DNA of 51,090 bases, taken from NCBI GenBank assembly GCA_964499775.1, contig CAZCMK010000007.1:1-51090 (forward strand). The letters run 5' to 3'. The translations under genes and the position numbers were made by a program. The notes under the pieces were generated by a model. It had not been told where the DNA came from. It saw nothing but the letters and a program-made list of their open reading frames with translations, and did not search any database. Numbering within the stretch: the first letter of the stretch is position 1; the number at the start of each line of letters is the position of its first letter. Origin of the DNA: an uncultured Dehalococcoidales bacterium (GTDB lineage: Bacteria; Chloroflexota; Dehalococcoidia; Dehalococcoidales; UBA2162). Shown here one piece after another: positions 19,854 to 28,111 of this stretch.

Positions 19854-21134
19854 TCAGTCTATATGAAAGATATCCCTGTAGTCCTCCCCGGCGAGTCTCT
19901 CCTCTATTATTATAAGCTCTTCGTATGTCCAATTTCTATTATCAAGGGGAATAATGTTGTTACCCATGCCGGTATACCAGTCCGCAAGGGTTTTGAAAGC
20001 CAGAGTGTTGAAGTCAATCCAGCCGGTTGATACCCTGGGGAAACTGGCTATCGTGTTTCTATTTGCCTGTCTCACTGTTGCCTCGACGGTCTGCTTGGCT
20101 TGTTCAAGGCTGAGCACTATCTCTTCCGGGATAGGCTCGAACCAGACGCCGCCCGTATAACCTCCCCACTCGTACAGTCCGAAACCTTCCAGGTTATAAG
20201 TGCTGACATACTCGATACCTTTACCGATATAGCCCTCCATCATTTCCTCGTAGCTGGTGATATCCCTGCGGCCGCATGGCGGACCTCCCAGAATGATATC
20301 GTAACCGCTGTAATCGTAGGGGTAGGGGATGCTCATACCCTGTCCGGTATCATACATCGTGTCCAGGGCGAATACTTTGCCGGTATATACGTTTTTTATT
20401 CCGGGCAATATTTCCTGGAGCCACCTTGAAGCATCGTTATAATCGCGGACAAGTTTATACGGCTCGTTGGAGGGGACAAAACCCTCAACGCGGTATTCTT
20501 CGGCTATTTTCGCCCATTTCAGGACGACGGAATCGAGTTTCTTGATAAGTTCGTAGCTGCGGTGATAGGCAGCTTCGGGGTCGTACTCTTCCCATTCGTA
20601 GCCCTTGCCCATGTCCAGGTTAGGGTGCATCGGGTTGGGGATAAGGACAATCCTGAACCCTGCTTTCTTGAGAGCCTGAATATAAAAGATAAACACGTCA
20701 TCGCCCAGCGATTTTGCTTCCCCCGTATCCGGGTCGAAGACGATATCCACGCCGAGCATTATAGAGTCGAACCCGGCGTTTCTCAGGCTATCGGCGTTTA
20801 TCAGATAGCCGCGCAGTTCATCGATTCGCGAGCCCCAGGCGCCGCGGTAAAAGTCCGGATAAGCAGAGGCATCCAGGGTAAAGGACTTTTTATACTCCTG
20901 CCACCAGACATCGAATTCGTCTACCTCTTCTGCCTGTTCGATTGTCTCCTCCTCCACCTCCTCAATCTCAACCTCTTCCTCATCTATTTGCTCTGTCTCT
21001 ACATTCTCACCAGCCGGTTCGGTCTGGCTGATTTCAGGGGTGGTGGAAATGGGTGTTTCGTCACCGGTCGTGCAGCCTGCCATGACGGCGAGGCTGATAA
21101 TCAGGATGCAGAATATGACTGAACGCTTTTTCAT
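19854..21134 (-). CDS. secreted lipoprotein, GH5-like TIM-barrel glycoside hydrolase candidate
   Basis: Signal peptide plus lipobox (MKKRSVIFCILIISLAVMAGC), a Glu-rich linker, an N-E-P acid/base-like motif (FVPSNEPYK) and a later YEWGG candidate nucleophile. The family call is tentative. Confidence 0.45.
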   Translation of the reverse strand: MKKRSVIFCILIISLAVMAGCTTGDETPISTTPEISQTEPAGENVETEQIDEEEVEIEEVEEETIEQAEEVDEFDVWWQEYKKSFTLDASAYPDFYRGAWGSRIDELRGYLINADSLRNAGFDSIMLGVDIVFDPDTGEAKSLGDDVFIFYIQALKKAGFRIVLIPNPMHPNLDMGKGYEWEEYDPEAAYHRSYELIKKLDSVVLKWAKIAEEYRVEGFVPSNEPYKLVRDYNDASRWLQEILPGIKNVYTGKVFALDTMYDTGQGMSIPYPYDYSGYDIILGGPPCGRRDITSYEEMMEGYIGKGIEYVSTYNLEGFGLYEWGGYTGGVWFEPIPEEIVLSLEQAKQTVEATVRQANRNTIASFPRVSTGWIDFNTLAFKTLADWYTGMGNNIIPLDNRNWTYEELIIIEERLAGEDYRDIFHID

Positions 21135-21177
21135 TTTTTAGTTTATACGAATTAGTGTGATAATCTGGTATATACCG

Positions 21178-21828
21178 CTAAAGCAGGGCTCGGAAAATCC
21201 AGATTGATTCGGTCAGCTGTCCCCCCTGAAAACGGAATCCCTCTTTTCCGAACGCATTTTCCAGGTCATCGAAATGCCCGAAATATTCGTCTTCTATCTC
21301 CTCGACTGTCTCGTTATTACCCGATTCAAGCAGTGCCTGTTTGATTTTCTGCTTTTCAGATTCATTCCTGAACATCAAGTCGGCAATGACAATCCTGCCT
21401 TGCGGTCTTAAAACACCGCGCATCAAGGGGATTGATTCCTCTTTTTGCTCCGGGGTCAGGTGATGAAAGGCATAAGCCGAGACGATTATATCAGCGCTTC
21501 CGGGAGGTAAAAGTATATTGAGGAAATCCCCTTCCATTATCCTGATTTGAGGGAATTTCTTGGCGCAGATGCCACGCATTTCTCCGGACGGGTCGATGCC
21601 CGTTACCTGAAGACCTCTCTCAAAGAACCTGCCGGCGAGATTGCCTGTCCCCACACCGATATCAAGGACGGTTGAATATTCATTGCTGTCCAGTTCGCAG
21701 TAATCGACTACTCTATCCAGCACGCGGTCATAGCTGCCGAACATCCAGTCATCTGTTCCAGACGCTTTCCGGATGTCTTCATCATACGTATTTGCCCACC
21801 CGTCAAAACCCCGATTGTCTTTGGACAT
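21178..21828 (-). CDS. class I SAM-dependent methyltransferase (YrrT-like)
   Basis: Motif I VLDIGVGTGNLAGRF, then ...AYAFHHL... The overall layout resembles Bacillus YrrT-type small-molecule methyltransferases. Confidence 0.8.
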   Translation of the reverse strand: MSKDNRGFDGWANTYDEDIRKASGTDDWMFGSYDRVLDRVVDYCELDSNEYSTVLDIGVGTGNLAGRFFERGLQVTGIDPSGEMRGICAKKFPQIRIMEGDFLNILLPPGSADIIVSAYAFHHLTPEQKEESIPLMRGVLRPQGRIVIADLMFRNESEKQKIKQALLESGNNETVEEIEDEYFGHFDDLENAFGKEGFRFQGGQLTESIWIFRALL

Positions 21829-21851
21829 CGGTCTTTTCTTGCTCCTTCCTT

Positions 21852-22805
21852 TCAGGGGAGGAGTTTGCCATTACTTAAAATGTTTTCATCAAGCTCGGCG
21901 AGTTTCCCACCAGTTCCCTGTCGGAGCTTTTTGGGAGAATGTCCATTGGACAACAAAGATAGAAATTTCACGATAGACTGACGTAGATAATCTTCTGTCT
22001 TAGGTAATATTTGACCTATCTCAACTCTACTAGGTGGATTATTGCCATGCACAATCTTGCTTCTGTAATCATATGCTTTTTTTATATTATTATAAACTAT
22101 GATTCTATGGTCTTTCCTTTTACGTAATAAAAACGCAGCTCGAGACCTTAATTTGTATGTAAGCTCTTGAGGACTATCAAGATATAGAGATTCGAATGCT
22201 ATCATTTGATCGATTAGTCTGTCTTCAATATCTCCATGATATGCAGAATGAAATCTTCTAAGCACTATATCAATTTTATCAAGAATACCGCTTTGACGAG
22301 ATTCGCGAATGTTCATAAGAATATCGTTAACTTGAGTTAAATCTTGCTGCTTGAATTCATAAGTGGGTTCTTCTTCAAAAAAATCCAAGCTTGATACATA
22401 TGGCCAGATTGTAGATGTCCCAAAAGACCATTCGTTATTCTGATGTGTGGCGGATGCTAATAATCCTGCGACTATTCTACCTTTTTGATAAAGCCTTAAA
22501 GCGGTCATTAAATCTACTAACAAATTATTTACTTTGTCCCAATTGATATATCCGATTCGTGTCGCTTCACTGAGATTATTAGCGCTGTTAGTGCTGATAA
22601 CGGGTAGCCTCACTACCCATCGAGCTGTGCTGGGGATTGTCTTAAGTTTATGAGAGTATTGTCTATCAAGATAACTAACGAATTCACGTGATATCCGTCG
22701 TATGTTAATGCCTTCCTCAAAATCTACACTATCGCAATCGCAATTAAACGAATACAATGGACAAAGCCAATACCTTTCTCTCGATTTAGGATTCTCTGTA
22801 GTCAT
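21852..22805 (-). CDS. HEPN-domain protein (Rx4H) with an unrecognised N-terminal domain
   Basis: The C-terminal ~130 aa are helical with IAFESLYL...KLRSRAAFLL...IKKAYDYRSKIVHGN, that is R-S-K-I-V-H = Rx4H. The first ~190 aa match nothing I recognise (CPLYSFNCDCD Cys cluster). Strongly AT-rich. Confidence 0.65.
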   Translation of the reverse strand: MTTENPKSRERYWLCPLYSFNCDCDSVDFEEGINIRRISREFVSYLDRQYSHKLKTIPSTARWVVRLPVISTNSANNLSEATRIGYINWDKVNNLLVDLMTALRLYQKGRIVAGLLASATHQNNEWSFGTSTIWPYVSSLDFFEEEPTYEFKQQDLTQVNDILMNIRESRQSGILDKIDIVLRRFHSAYHGDIEDRLIDQMIAFESLYLDSPQELTYKLRSRAAFLLRKRKDHRIIVYNNIKKAYDYRSKIVHGNNPPSRVEIGQILPKTEDYLRQSIVKFLSLLSNGHSPKKLRQGTGGKLAELDENILSNGKLLP

Positions 22806-22820
22806 TTACTTCACTTCCCA

Positions 22821-22851
22821 ATATTGTACCGACACTTTAATCCCCCTCCCC
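22821..22851 (-). repeat. family 2 module copy (minus orientation) abutting the HEPN gene start
   Basis: Minus-strand read is AGGGGAGGGGGATTAAAGTGTCGGTACAATAT. Compare GAGAGGGGGATTAAGGGGGTGAGTATAAATAT at 8797-8828. It ends 16 nt before ATG 22805 and touches the stop codon of the upstream gene (22852). Confidence 0.6.
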
Positions 22852-23343
22852 TTACTCCATCTCTTCCGTGTTTACCTCTTCGGCGATGTTGATGCGTTTG
22901 ACGGAGAGGGGGAGGTAGTTGACCATCTTGCACTCGATGAGGTCTTTGAGCTTGAGTTCGTCCTCGGTGAAGCGTGCCCTGCCGGTCTTTACCTCGATGA
23001 AGTCGATTCCTTCATCGTACTTGATGCCTACGAAGTCGATGGGGTCGCCCAGGTAGAAAAGGCGGTCGTACTTGGTAAGCTCAAGTGTTGCCAGAAGCTC
23101 GTTCAGCTTGCCCGACCTCGTTCCCTGGCTGCGGGTGATGGATGCCAGGACATCGTGGGGCATATCCTCCAGCAGGCTGTGAATTTCCCTGACGGAGTCG
23201 GCTGAAGCCAGGGCATACCTGAGCTTGGCTTCAAGCTCGTCAATCCCCGGTATCTCCGCCTTTCTGGGCCTGAATACCAGCACCAGGACCATTACCAGCA
23301 GGATAAAAATAATAACGTACAGAGCAATTTCCATATCATTCAC
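22852..23343 (-). CDS. membrane-anchored PD-(D/E)xK endonuclease related to archaeal Holliday junction resolvases (Endonuc_Holl-like)
   Basis: N-terminal TM helix (IALYVIIFILLVMVLVLVF), a helical linker, then GDPIDFVG...GIDFIEVKTGRARFTEDELKLKDLI (D...E-x-K nuclease core). Confidence 0.6.
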   Translation of the reverse strand: MNDMEIALYVIIFILLVMVLVLVFRPRKAEIPGIDELEAKLRYALASADSVREIHSLLEDMPHDVLASITRSQGTRSGKLNELLATLELTKYDRLFYLGDPIDFVGIKYDEGIDFIEVKTGRARFTEDELKLKDLIECKMVNYLPLSVKRINIAEEVNTEEME

Positions 23344-23369
23344 CTCTGGGGGGAGTATCTTTCTTATAT

Positions 23370-23456
23370 GTCATTCTGAGGAATCCGCCTCAGGAGGATG
23401 ACGAAGAATCTAAAGGGATGAGACCCTTCGTCCGCCTCAGTCGGACTCAGGGTGAC
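23370..23456. repeat. MITE-like family 1 element with imperfect terminal inverted repeats
   Basis: GTCATTCTGAG (23370-23380) versus CTCAGGGTGAC (23446-23456), 9 of 11 complementary. Internal CCGCCTCAGG core is present twice. Confidence 0.7.
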
Positions 23457-23478
23457 ATTGAAGAGGTTCTTATCGAAT

Positions 23479-23569
23479 TTCGCCCCTCTTTAACTTCCCT
23501 TTATTATACAGGTCTCGTTTCTCTTTGACTTCTCATTGTTAGCAGGGCTTCGCCCCTCTTAAACTCCCC
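23479..23569. repeat. two family 2 units (TTCGCCCCTCTTTAACTTCCC and GGGCTTCGCCCCTCTTAAACTCCCC)
   Basis: Direct repeats of GCCCCTCTT-(T)AAACT(T)CCC at 23479-23499 and 23546-23569, the latter followed by a T8 run. Confidence 0.65.
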
Positions 23570-23576
23570 GTTTTTT

Positions 23577-24155
23577 TTAGCTGCCGAAGTACTGGAGAGC
23601 CAGCTTTATCTTTTCTTCGAGGGCGAGGTCGGAGGATGGAAGGGTAGCTACCGCCCGGCTGGCTTCGGCAACGGAGTAACCGAGCGAGGTAAGGGCTGCT
23701 AAGACCTCTGCATTTTCCTCGGCAAACTGGACGGCGGGAACGGATATCAGTCCGGCGCTTATCTTATCTTTGAGCTCCAGCACCAGCCGGTTCGCCATCT
23801 TCTTGCCAATTCCGGGTATGGCTGTAAGAAGGTCGGTATTGCCGCTGGCGATAGCCGTGCTTGCCTGCTCAACGCTCATCGCCGAGAGGACGGCGAGTCC
23901 CAGCCTGGGGCCGAGTCCGGAGACGCCGATAAGTATCTGGAAAAGCTCCAGCTCCCCGGCGGCACCGAAACCATAGAGGGTGATGCTGTCTTCCCGCATC
24001 ACCAGGTGAGTCAGCAGGTGTATCTCCTGTCCGACGCTACCGAGCGTGTTGATGGTAGAGGTGGGCATATGCACCTGAATGCCGACTCCGTTGACGTTTA
24101 CAATCGCTCCGTCGCTTTCCAGTGATTCCAGCTTGCCGTGAAGACTGGCTATCAT
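23577..24155 (-). CDS. ruvA: Holliday junction branch migration complex subunit RuvA
   Basis: 192 aa. MIASLHGKLESL...VNVNGVGIQVHMP, HhH repeats (LIGVSGLGPRLGLAVLS, LTAIPGIGKKMANRLVLEL). Confidence 0.93.
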   Translation of the reverse strand: MIASLHGKLESLESDGAIVNVNGVGIQVHMPTSTINTLGSVGQEIHLLTHLVMREDSITLYGFGAAGELELFQILIGVSGLGPRLGLAVLSAMSVEQASTAIASGNTDLLTAIPGIGKKMANRLVLELKDKISAGLISVPAVQFAEENAEVLAALTSLGYSVAEASRAVATLPSSDLALEEKIKLALQYFGS

Positions 24156-24168
24156 ATCTCTCCTTTAG

Positions 24169-24666
24169 TCACTGCCTCGAGAGCAGGTTATTCACGTGGG
24201 TTTCTCCGATGTGGCAGAGGGCTACCGCCAGAGCATCGGAGGCATCGTTCGGTTCCGGTGCTGTCTCCAGTCCGAGCTGAAGCCTGACCATCTCCTGTAC
24301 CTGCTCCTTGGAGCTGGCGCCGTAGCCGGTCACGCTCTGCTTTATCTGCGTCGGCGTGTATTCATAAGAAGGAATACCACGGTTGGCTGCCGTCAGTATT
24401 GCCACAGCCTGAGCCCTGCCGATTGCCAGCGCCGACTTGGCGTTTTTGGCTACAAAAGGCTGCTCTATGGCGATGGCATCCGGCTGCGACTTCGATATAA
24501 TCTCAAGGAGGTTATTGTAGAGAAAACTCAAACGCTCCCCCACAGGGGAGCGCGCCGGAGTGTTCAGTACACCGTAATCGATAAGGACCGGTTCGCCATC
24601 GCTGCTCTCAATCACCCCGTACCCCATGGCTATAGTCCCCGGGTCGATACCTAATATTTTCATCAT
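24169..24666 (-). CDS. ruvC: crossover junction endodeoxyribonuclease RuvC
   Basis: MKILGIDPGTIAMGYGVI..., catalytic acidic residues in IEQPF and DASDALAVALCH. ATG at 24666 or 24663. The ORF-track start at 24675 is TTG. Confidence 0.93.
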   Translation of the reverse strand: MMKILGIDPGTIAMGYGVIESSDGEPVLIDYGVLNTPARSPVGERLSFLYNNLLEIISKSQPDAIAIEQPFVAKNAKSALAIGRAQAVAILTAANRGIPSYEYTPTQIKQSVTGYGASSKEQVQEMVRLQLGLETAPEPNDASDALAVALCHIGETHVNNLLSRQ

Positions 24667-24708
24667 AAAGCTCAAATCAACACGTAAACAGGGCGGGAGA
24701 GTTGAATA

Positions 24709-25458
24709 CTATTCCTCGAACTTCTCCAGTACCGAGTCGGTAAAGTTAACGTTGCTGGATACGAGCTGGACTTCATCCAGCTCTTCCAGTTGATGCAATA
24801 GCCTCAGAGTTTGCAGGGCAGGCTTTTCTTCAAGGTCGAGTGTATTCTGGGGTACCATTGAGACCTCCGCCGAGGCTACGGGGATACTCTCCTGGTCGAG
24901 TGTTTTCCTGACCGCTTCGAAGTCCTCCGGCTTGGTATATATTTCTATATACCCGTCTTCTACCTTAACATCCTCGGCTCCGGCGTCTATCGCCTGCAGG
25001 GCAAGCTCTTCGGCGTCAAGGTTGTCTGTTTCTATAATAATCATGCCCTTCGATTCGAAAATCCAGGCTACGCAGCCGCTCTCTCCCAGGTTGCCGCCGT
25101 GACGCGAGAATAGATTCCGGATTTCCTGCACGGTACGGTTGCGGTTATCGCTCAGTGCCTGTACCAGGATGGCAGCTCCGCTGGGACCGTAACCTTCGAG
25201 CACCATTTCGGTGAGTGTTACGCCTTCCATCTCTCCGCTGCCCCGCTTGATTGCTCTATCAATGTTGTCGAGCGGCATGTTATTATCACGGGCTTTTTGA
25301 ATAGCTAACCGGAGACGGAAGTTGGTATCGTGATTGCTGCCTCCCTGACGCACCGCCACGATGATTTCCCTGGTGAGTTTGGTGAAAAGCTGCCCCCGTC
25401 TGGCGTCGGTAACTCCTTTTTGGTGCTTGATTGAAGCCCATTTGGAATGTCCTGACAT
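24709..25458 (-). CDS. yebC: YebC/PmpR family DNA-binding regulator
   Basis: Hallmark N-terminus MSGHSKWASIKHQKG. 249 aa. Confidence 0.93.
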   Translation of the reverse strand: MSGHSKWASIKHQKGVTDARRGQLFTKLTREIIVAVRQGGSNHDTNFRLRLAIQKARDNNMPLDNIDRAIKRGSGEMEGVTLTEMVLEGYGPSGAAILVQALSDNRNRTVQEIRNLFSRHGGNLGESGCVAWIFESKGMIIIETDNLDAEELALQAIDAGAEDVKVEDGYIEIYTKPEDFEAVRKTLDQESIPVASAEVSMVPQNTLDLEEKPALQTLRLLHQLEELDEVQLVSSNVNFTDSVLEKFEE

Positions 25459-25510
25459 AACAATTTCTCCTCAGCCGGACAATAAACTCATTGATTAATT
25501 CTATCATCAA

Positions 25511-25627
25511 ACCGCCCCTCGGTAAAGAGGGAGAGGGGGATTAGGGCCTGCCCGCTCCGCCTTAGGCGGAAGACTTCGGCAGGCGGGGGGTGAGTATAAA
25601 TAACAAGCGAAACAAAACGACATAATA
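25511..25627. repeat. family 2 module interrupted by a nested 37-nt hairpin, with extended homology to 8811-8850
   Basis: GAGAGGGGGATTAGGG (25531-25546), then the insert CCTGCC...CCGCCTTAGGCGG...GGCAGG (25547-25583), then CGGGGGGTGAGTATAAATAAC (25584-25604). The next ~20 nt (CAAGCGAAACAAAACGACA) match 8829-8847 at about 15 of 19 positions. Confidence 0.75.
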
Positions 25628-25638
25628 ACACACGTGAA

Positions 25639-25667
25639 TTGACAACCCGGTAAACGGAAGTTACAAT
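25639..25667 (+). promoter_or_regulatory. sigma70-type promoter candidate for the glmU-like/glmS operon (TTGACA-N17-TACAAT)
   Basis: -35 TTGACA at 25639-25644, exactly 17-nt spacer, -10 TACAAT at 25662-25667, 55 nt before ATG 25722. GGAGG lies upstream of the start. Confidence 0.6.
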
Positions 25668-25721
25668 CAGCGCAAGATACAGTCAGGGAATGCATGAACG
25701 GAGGCGGAGAGTAGAAGAGTA

Positions 25722-26924
25722 ATGAAGGCAGTAATTTTAGCCGCCGGAGAGGGCAGCCGGATGCGACCTCTTACCTATACCAGGCCCAAGGTGATGCTGC
25801 CCGTGGCAAATAAGCCTATCCTCGAACACCTGCTTATCGAGATTGAGAAAGCAGGAATCGGGGAGTTTATTATAATCGTCGGCTACCATGATGAGCAGAT
25901 ACGGGACTATTTCGGCAATGGCGGCAGGTGGGGAGTGAAAATAGAATACTGTACCCAGCGTAAACAACTGGGGACGGCCGATGCCCTCAGGTCCATGGAA
26001 CCTCTCGTAGACGGGAACTTCCTGATGGTGAACGGAGATATCATTGCCGACCGTGAGGACATTAAAAGCCTGATAGACGCGCGGGATACAACGATGAGCC
26101 TGTTCGAGGTGGAAAACACGGAAGGTCTGGGACTGGTTGAAACAGACGGGGATAAGGTAGTCCGTATCCACGAAAAAACGGAAAAACCGCCCTCGAATCT
26201 GGCTAACGCCGGTCTCTATCTCTTTACTCCGGACATATTCAACGCCGTATTTCAGACTTCAACGTCACCGCGGGGTGAATACGAAATAACCGACTCTCTG
26301 CAATTAATGATAGACCGCGGGCAGCGTGTAGCCTGCCGGAAAATCGATTACTGGCTGGATACCAGCTATCCCTGGGATTTGTTAACGGCAAACGAGTTTC
26401 TGATGGAAAAGATTGAACCTGATATGCGTGGCGAGATTGAGGAGAGCGTAATAATCAAGGACACGGTCTCTATTGGCAGAAATACTATTATAAGGTCCGG
26501 TTCGTATATTATCGGTCCGGTGATAATAGGAGACGACTGTGATATCGGCCCTAACTGCTATATCCGTCCCGCTACCTCTATAGGCGAAAGGTGTCACGTG
26601 GGTGCCGCCGTTGAGATAAAGAACTCGATAATAATGAAAGACACCAAAATCCCTCACCAAAATTACGTGGGTGACAGCGTTATTGGCGAGGGATGTAATC
26701 TGGGCGCCGGTACCAAGATTGCCAATTTAAGGTTTGACGGACAGGAGATATCGGTTAACGGTAAAGCTACGGGAAGATGCAAGCTGGGAGCTATAATAGG
26801 GGATGGGGTCGAAACAGGAATCAATGCCAGCATTAATGTAGGCAGCATGATTGGTAATAATACTCACATCGGACCGGGAGCCGTAGCCAGCGGCACTATT
26901 ATGCCCGGTTCGAAAATTTTATGA
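25722..26924 (+). CDS. archaeal-type bifunctional sugar-1-phosphate nucleotidyltransferase/acetyltransferase (GlmU-like), paralog 1
   Basis: N-terminal MKAVILAAGEGSRMRPLTYTRPKVMLPV nucleotidyltransferase fold. The C-terminal ~150 aa carry hexapeptide left-handed beta-helix repeats. Confidence 0.8.
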   Translation: MKAVILAAGEGSRMRPLTYTRPKVMLPVANKPILEHLLIEIEKAGIGEFIIIVGYHDEQIRDYFGNGGRWGVKIEYCTQRKQLGTADALRSMEPLVDGNFLMVNGDIIADREDIKSLIDARDTTMSLFEVENTEGLGLVETDGDKVVRIHEKTEKPPSNLANAGLYLFTPDIFNAVFQTSTSPRGEYEITDSLQLMIDRGQRVACRKIDYWLDTSYPWDLLTANEFLMEKIEPDMRGEIEESVIIKDTVSIGRNTIIRSGSYIIGPVIIGDDCDIGPNCYIRPATSIGERCHVGAAVEIKNSIIMKDTKIPHQNYVGDSVIGEGCNLGAGTKIANLRFDGQEISVNGKATGRCKLGAIIGDGVETGINASINVGSMIGNNTHIGPGAVASGTIMPGSKIL

Positions 26925-26933
26925 GGAAGAATT

Positions 26934-28109
26934 ATGAAACAAGCAGTGATTCTGGCGGCCGGTGAAGGACAGAGGCTCAGACCGTTTACCGTTACCAAGT
27001 CGAAAACCATGCTCTCGATAGCCGATAAGCCGATACTCCAATATGTCATCGAAGCACTTGCCCGGAACGGCATCCGGAAAATCGTCATCGTGGCAGGCTA
27101 CAGGAGAAAACAGATATTCGATTATATGGAAAACGGGGAACGGTTTGGTGTCGAAATAGTTTACATAACACAAGAGAAACAACTCGGTACGGCTCATGCT
27201 CTGACCCAGGCGAAAGGTGTTGTTGACGACGAATTTCTGGTCCTGCCAGGCGATAATCTAATCGATGCCGATACCATTTCCCGCTTCGTCGATATGGAAC
27301 CTGAGGCTATTCTGGTAAAAAAGGTTCATAATCCGACCAGATACGGGCTGGTGACTACCGAGGGAAACGAAGTGCGGAGTATTGTCGAGAAACCCAGAGA
27401 AGCCGAAACCGATATCGTGAATACGGGAATCTATAGTTTTTCAAAAAGTATATTTGATTATATAGAAGCAGAGCTGGATATTCCCGAAGTTATTAATAAC
27501 ATGATAGAACAAGGCAATAACGTAAATTTCCAGGAAACCGGTGGAACCTGGTTCGACGTCGTGTATCCCTGGGATATTTTGAGCCTGAATAACGAAATCC
27601 TCCGAACGATACCCCCGAGTCTGGGAGGTACCATAGAGGCAGGCGCCACGGTAAAAGGTCCTGTGTCGATAGGTAAAGACACCGTGGTCAGGGCGAACTC
27701 GTATATCGCGGGTCCTGCGGTTATCGGGGCAAATTGCGATGTCGGCCCCAACGTGGTTATCATGCCGGCTACAAGTATCGGCGATAATGTCGTTATTTCT
27801 CCTTTCACTGAGATTGAGAACAGCGTTATCAGTAACGATGTGAATATCGGACCGGGGTCGATTATCCAGGACTCGGTTATCGATGAAAGCTGCTTTATCG
27901 GAGGGCATTTTACTGCCTGTAGTGAGGTGGTGGAGATTCGGGTCGATGACGGCAATTACTCCGTGAATGTGGGGGCGATGCTCGGCGTCGGGTGCAATCT
28001 TGGAAATGGAGTGGTAGCTCAACCCGGAGTTATCGTGGGTAATTACACCCGTGTCCAGGCGATGAAATTGATACACGGAAACCTGCCTGATAAAAGTTCG
28101 GTGTATTAG
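26934..28109 (+). CDS. archaeal-type sugar-1-phosphate nucleotidyltransferase with LbH domain (GlmU-like), paralog 2
   Basis: MKQAVILAAGEGQRLRPFTVTKSKTMLSI... plus C-terminal hexapeptide repeats. Starts 9 nt after paralog 1 and ends 2 nt before glmS. Confidence 0.8.
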   Translation: MKQAVILAAGEGQRLRPFTVTKSKTMLSIADKPILQYVIEALARNGIRKIVIVAGYRRKQIFDYMENGERFGVEIVYITQEKQLGTAHALTQAKGVVDDEFLVLPGDNLIDADTISRFVDMEPEAILVKKVHNPTRYGLVTTEGNEVRSIVEKPREAETDIVNTGIYSFSKSIFDYIEAELDIPEVINNMIEQGNNVNFQETGGTWFDVVYPWDILSLNNEILRTIPPSLGGTIEAGATVKGPVSIGKDTVVRANSYIAGPAVIGANCDVGPNVVIMPATSIGDNVVISPFTEIENSVISNDVNIGPGSIIQDSVIDESCFIGGHFTACSEVVEIRVDDGNYSVNVGAMLGVGCNLGNGVVAQPGVIVGNYTRVQAMKLIHGNLPDKSSVY

Positions 28110-28111
28110 AT

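Noticed and set aside
19098-20030. 310-aa plus-strand ORF, the longest unassigned ORF in the track
   Set aside because: It lies antisense across the 5' part of uvrB and the 3' end of the lipoprotein gene, both of which have unmistakable protein signatures. Its sequence is low-complexity and shows no motifs. A shadow ORF typical of GC-balanced coding DNA.
20900-21010. GAG/GAA-rich repetitive stretch suggesting a tandem repeat
   Set aside because: It is the Glu-rich linker (EEEVEIEEVEEETIEQAEEVDE) of the lipoprotein, in frame and without a regular repeat unit. Low-complexity coding sequence only.
23546-23578. T8 run after GGGCTTCGCCCCTC as a plus-strand intrinsic terminator
   Set aside because: No plus-strand gene ends upstream of it, and the T-run is separated from the short stem by 11 nt. 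On the minus strand it reads as an A-run directly after the ruvA stop, which is not a terminator either.
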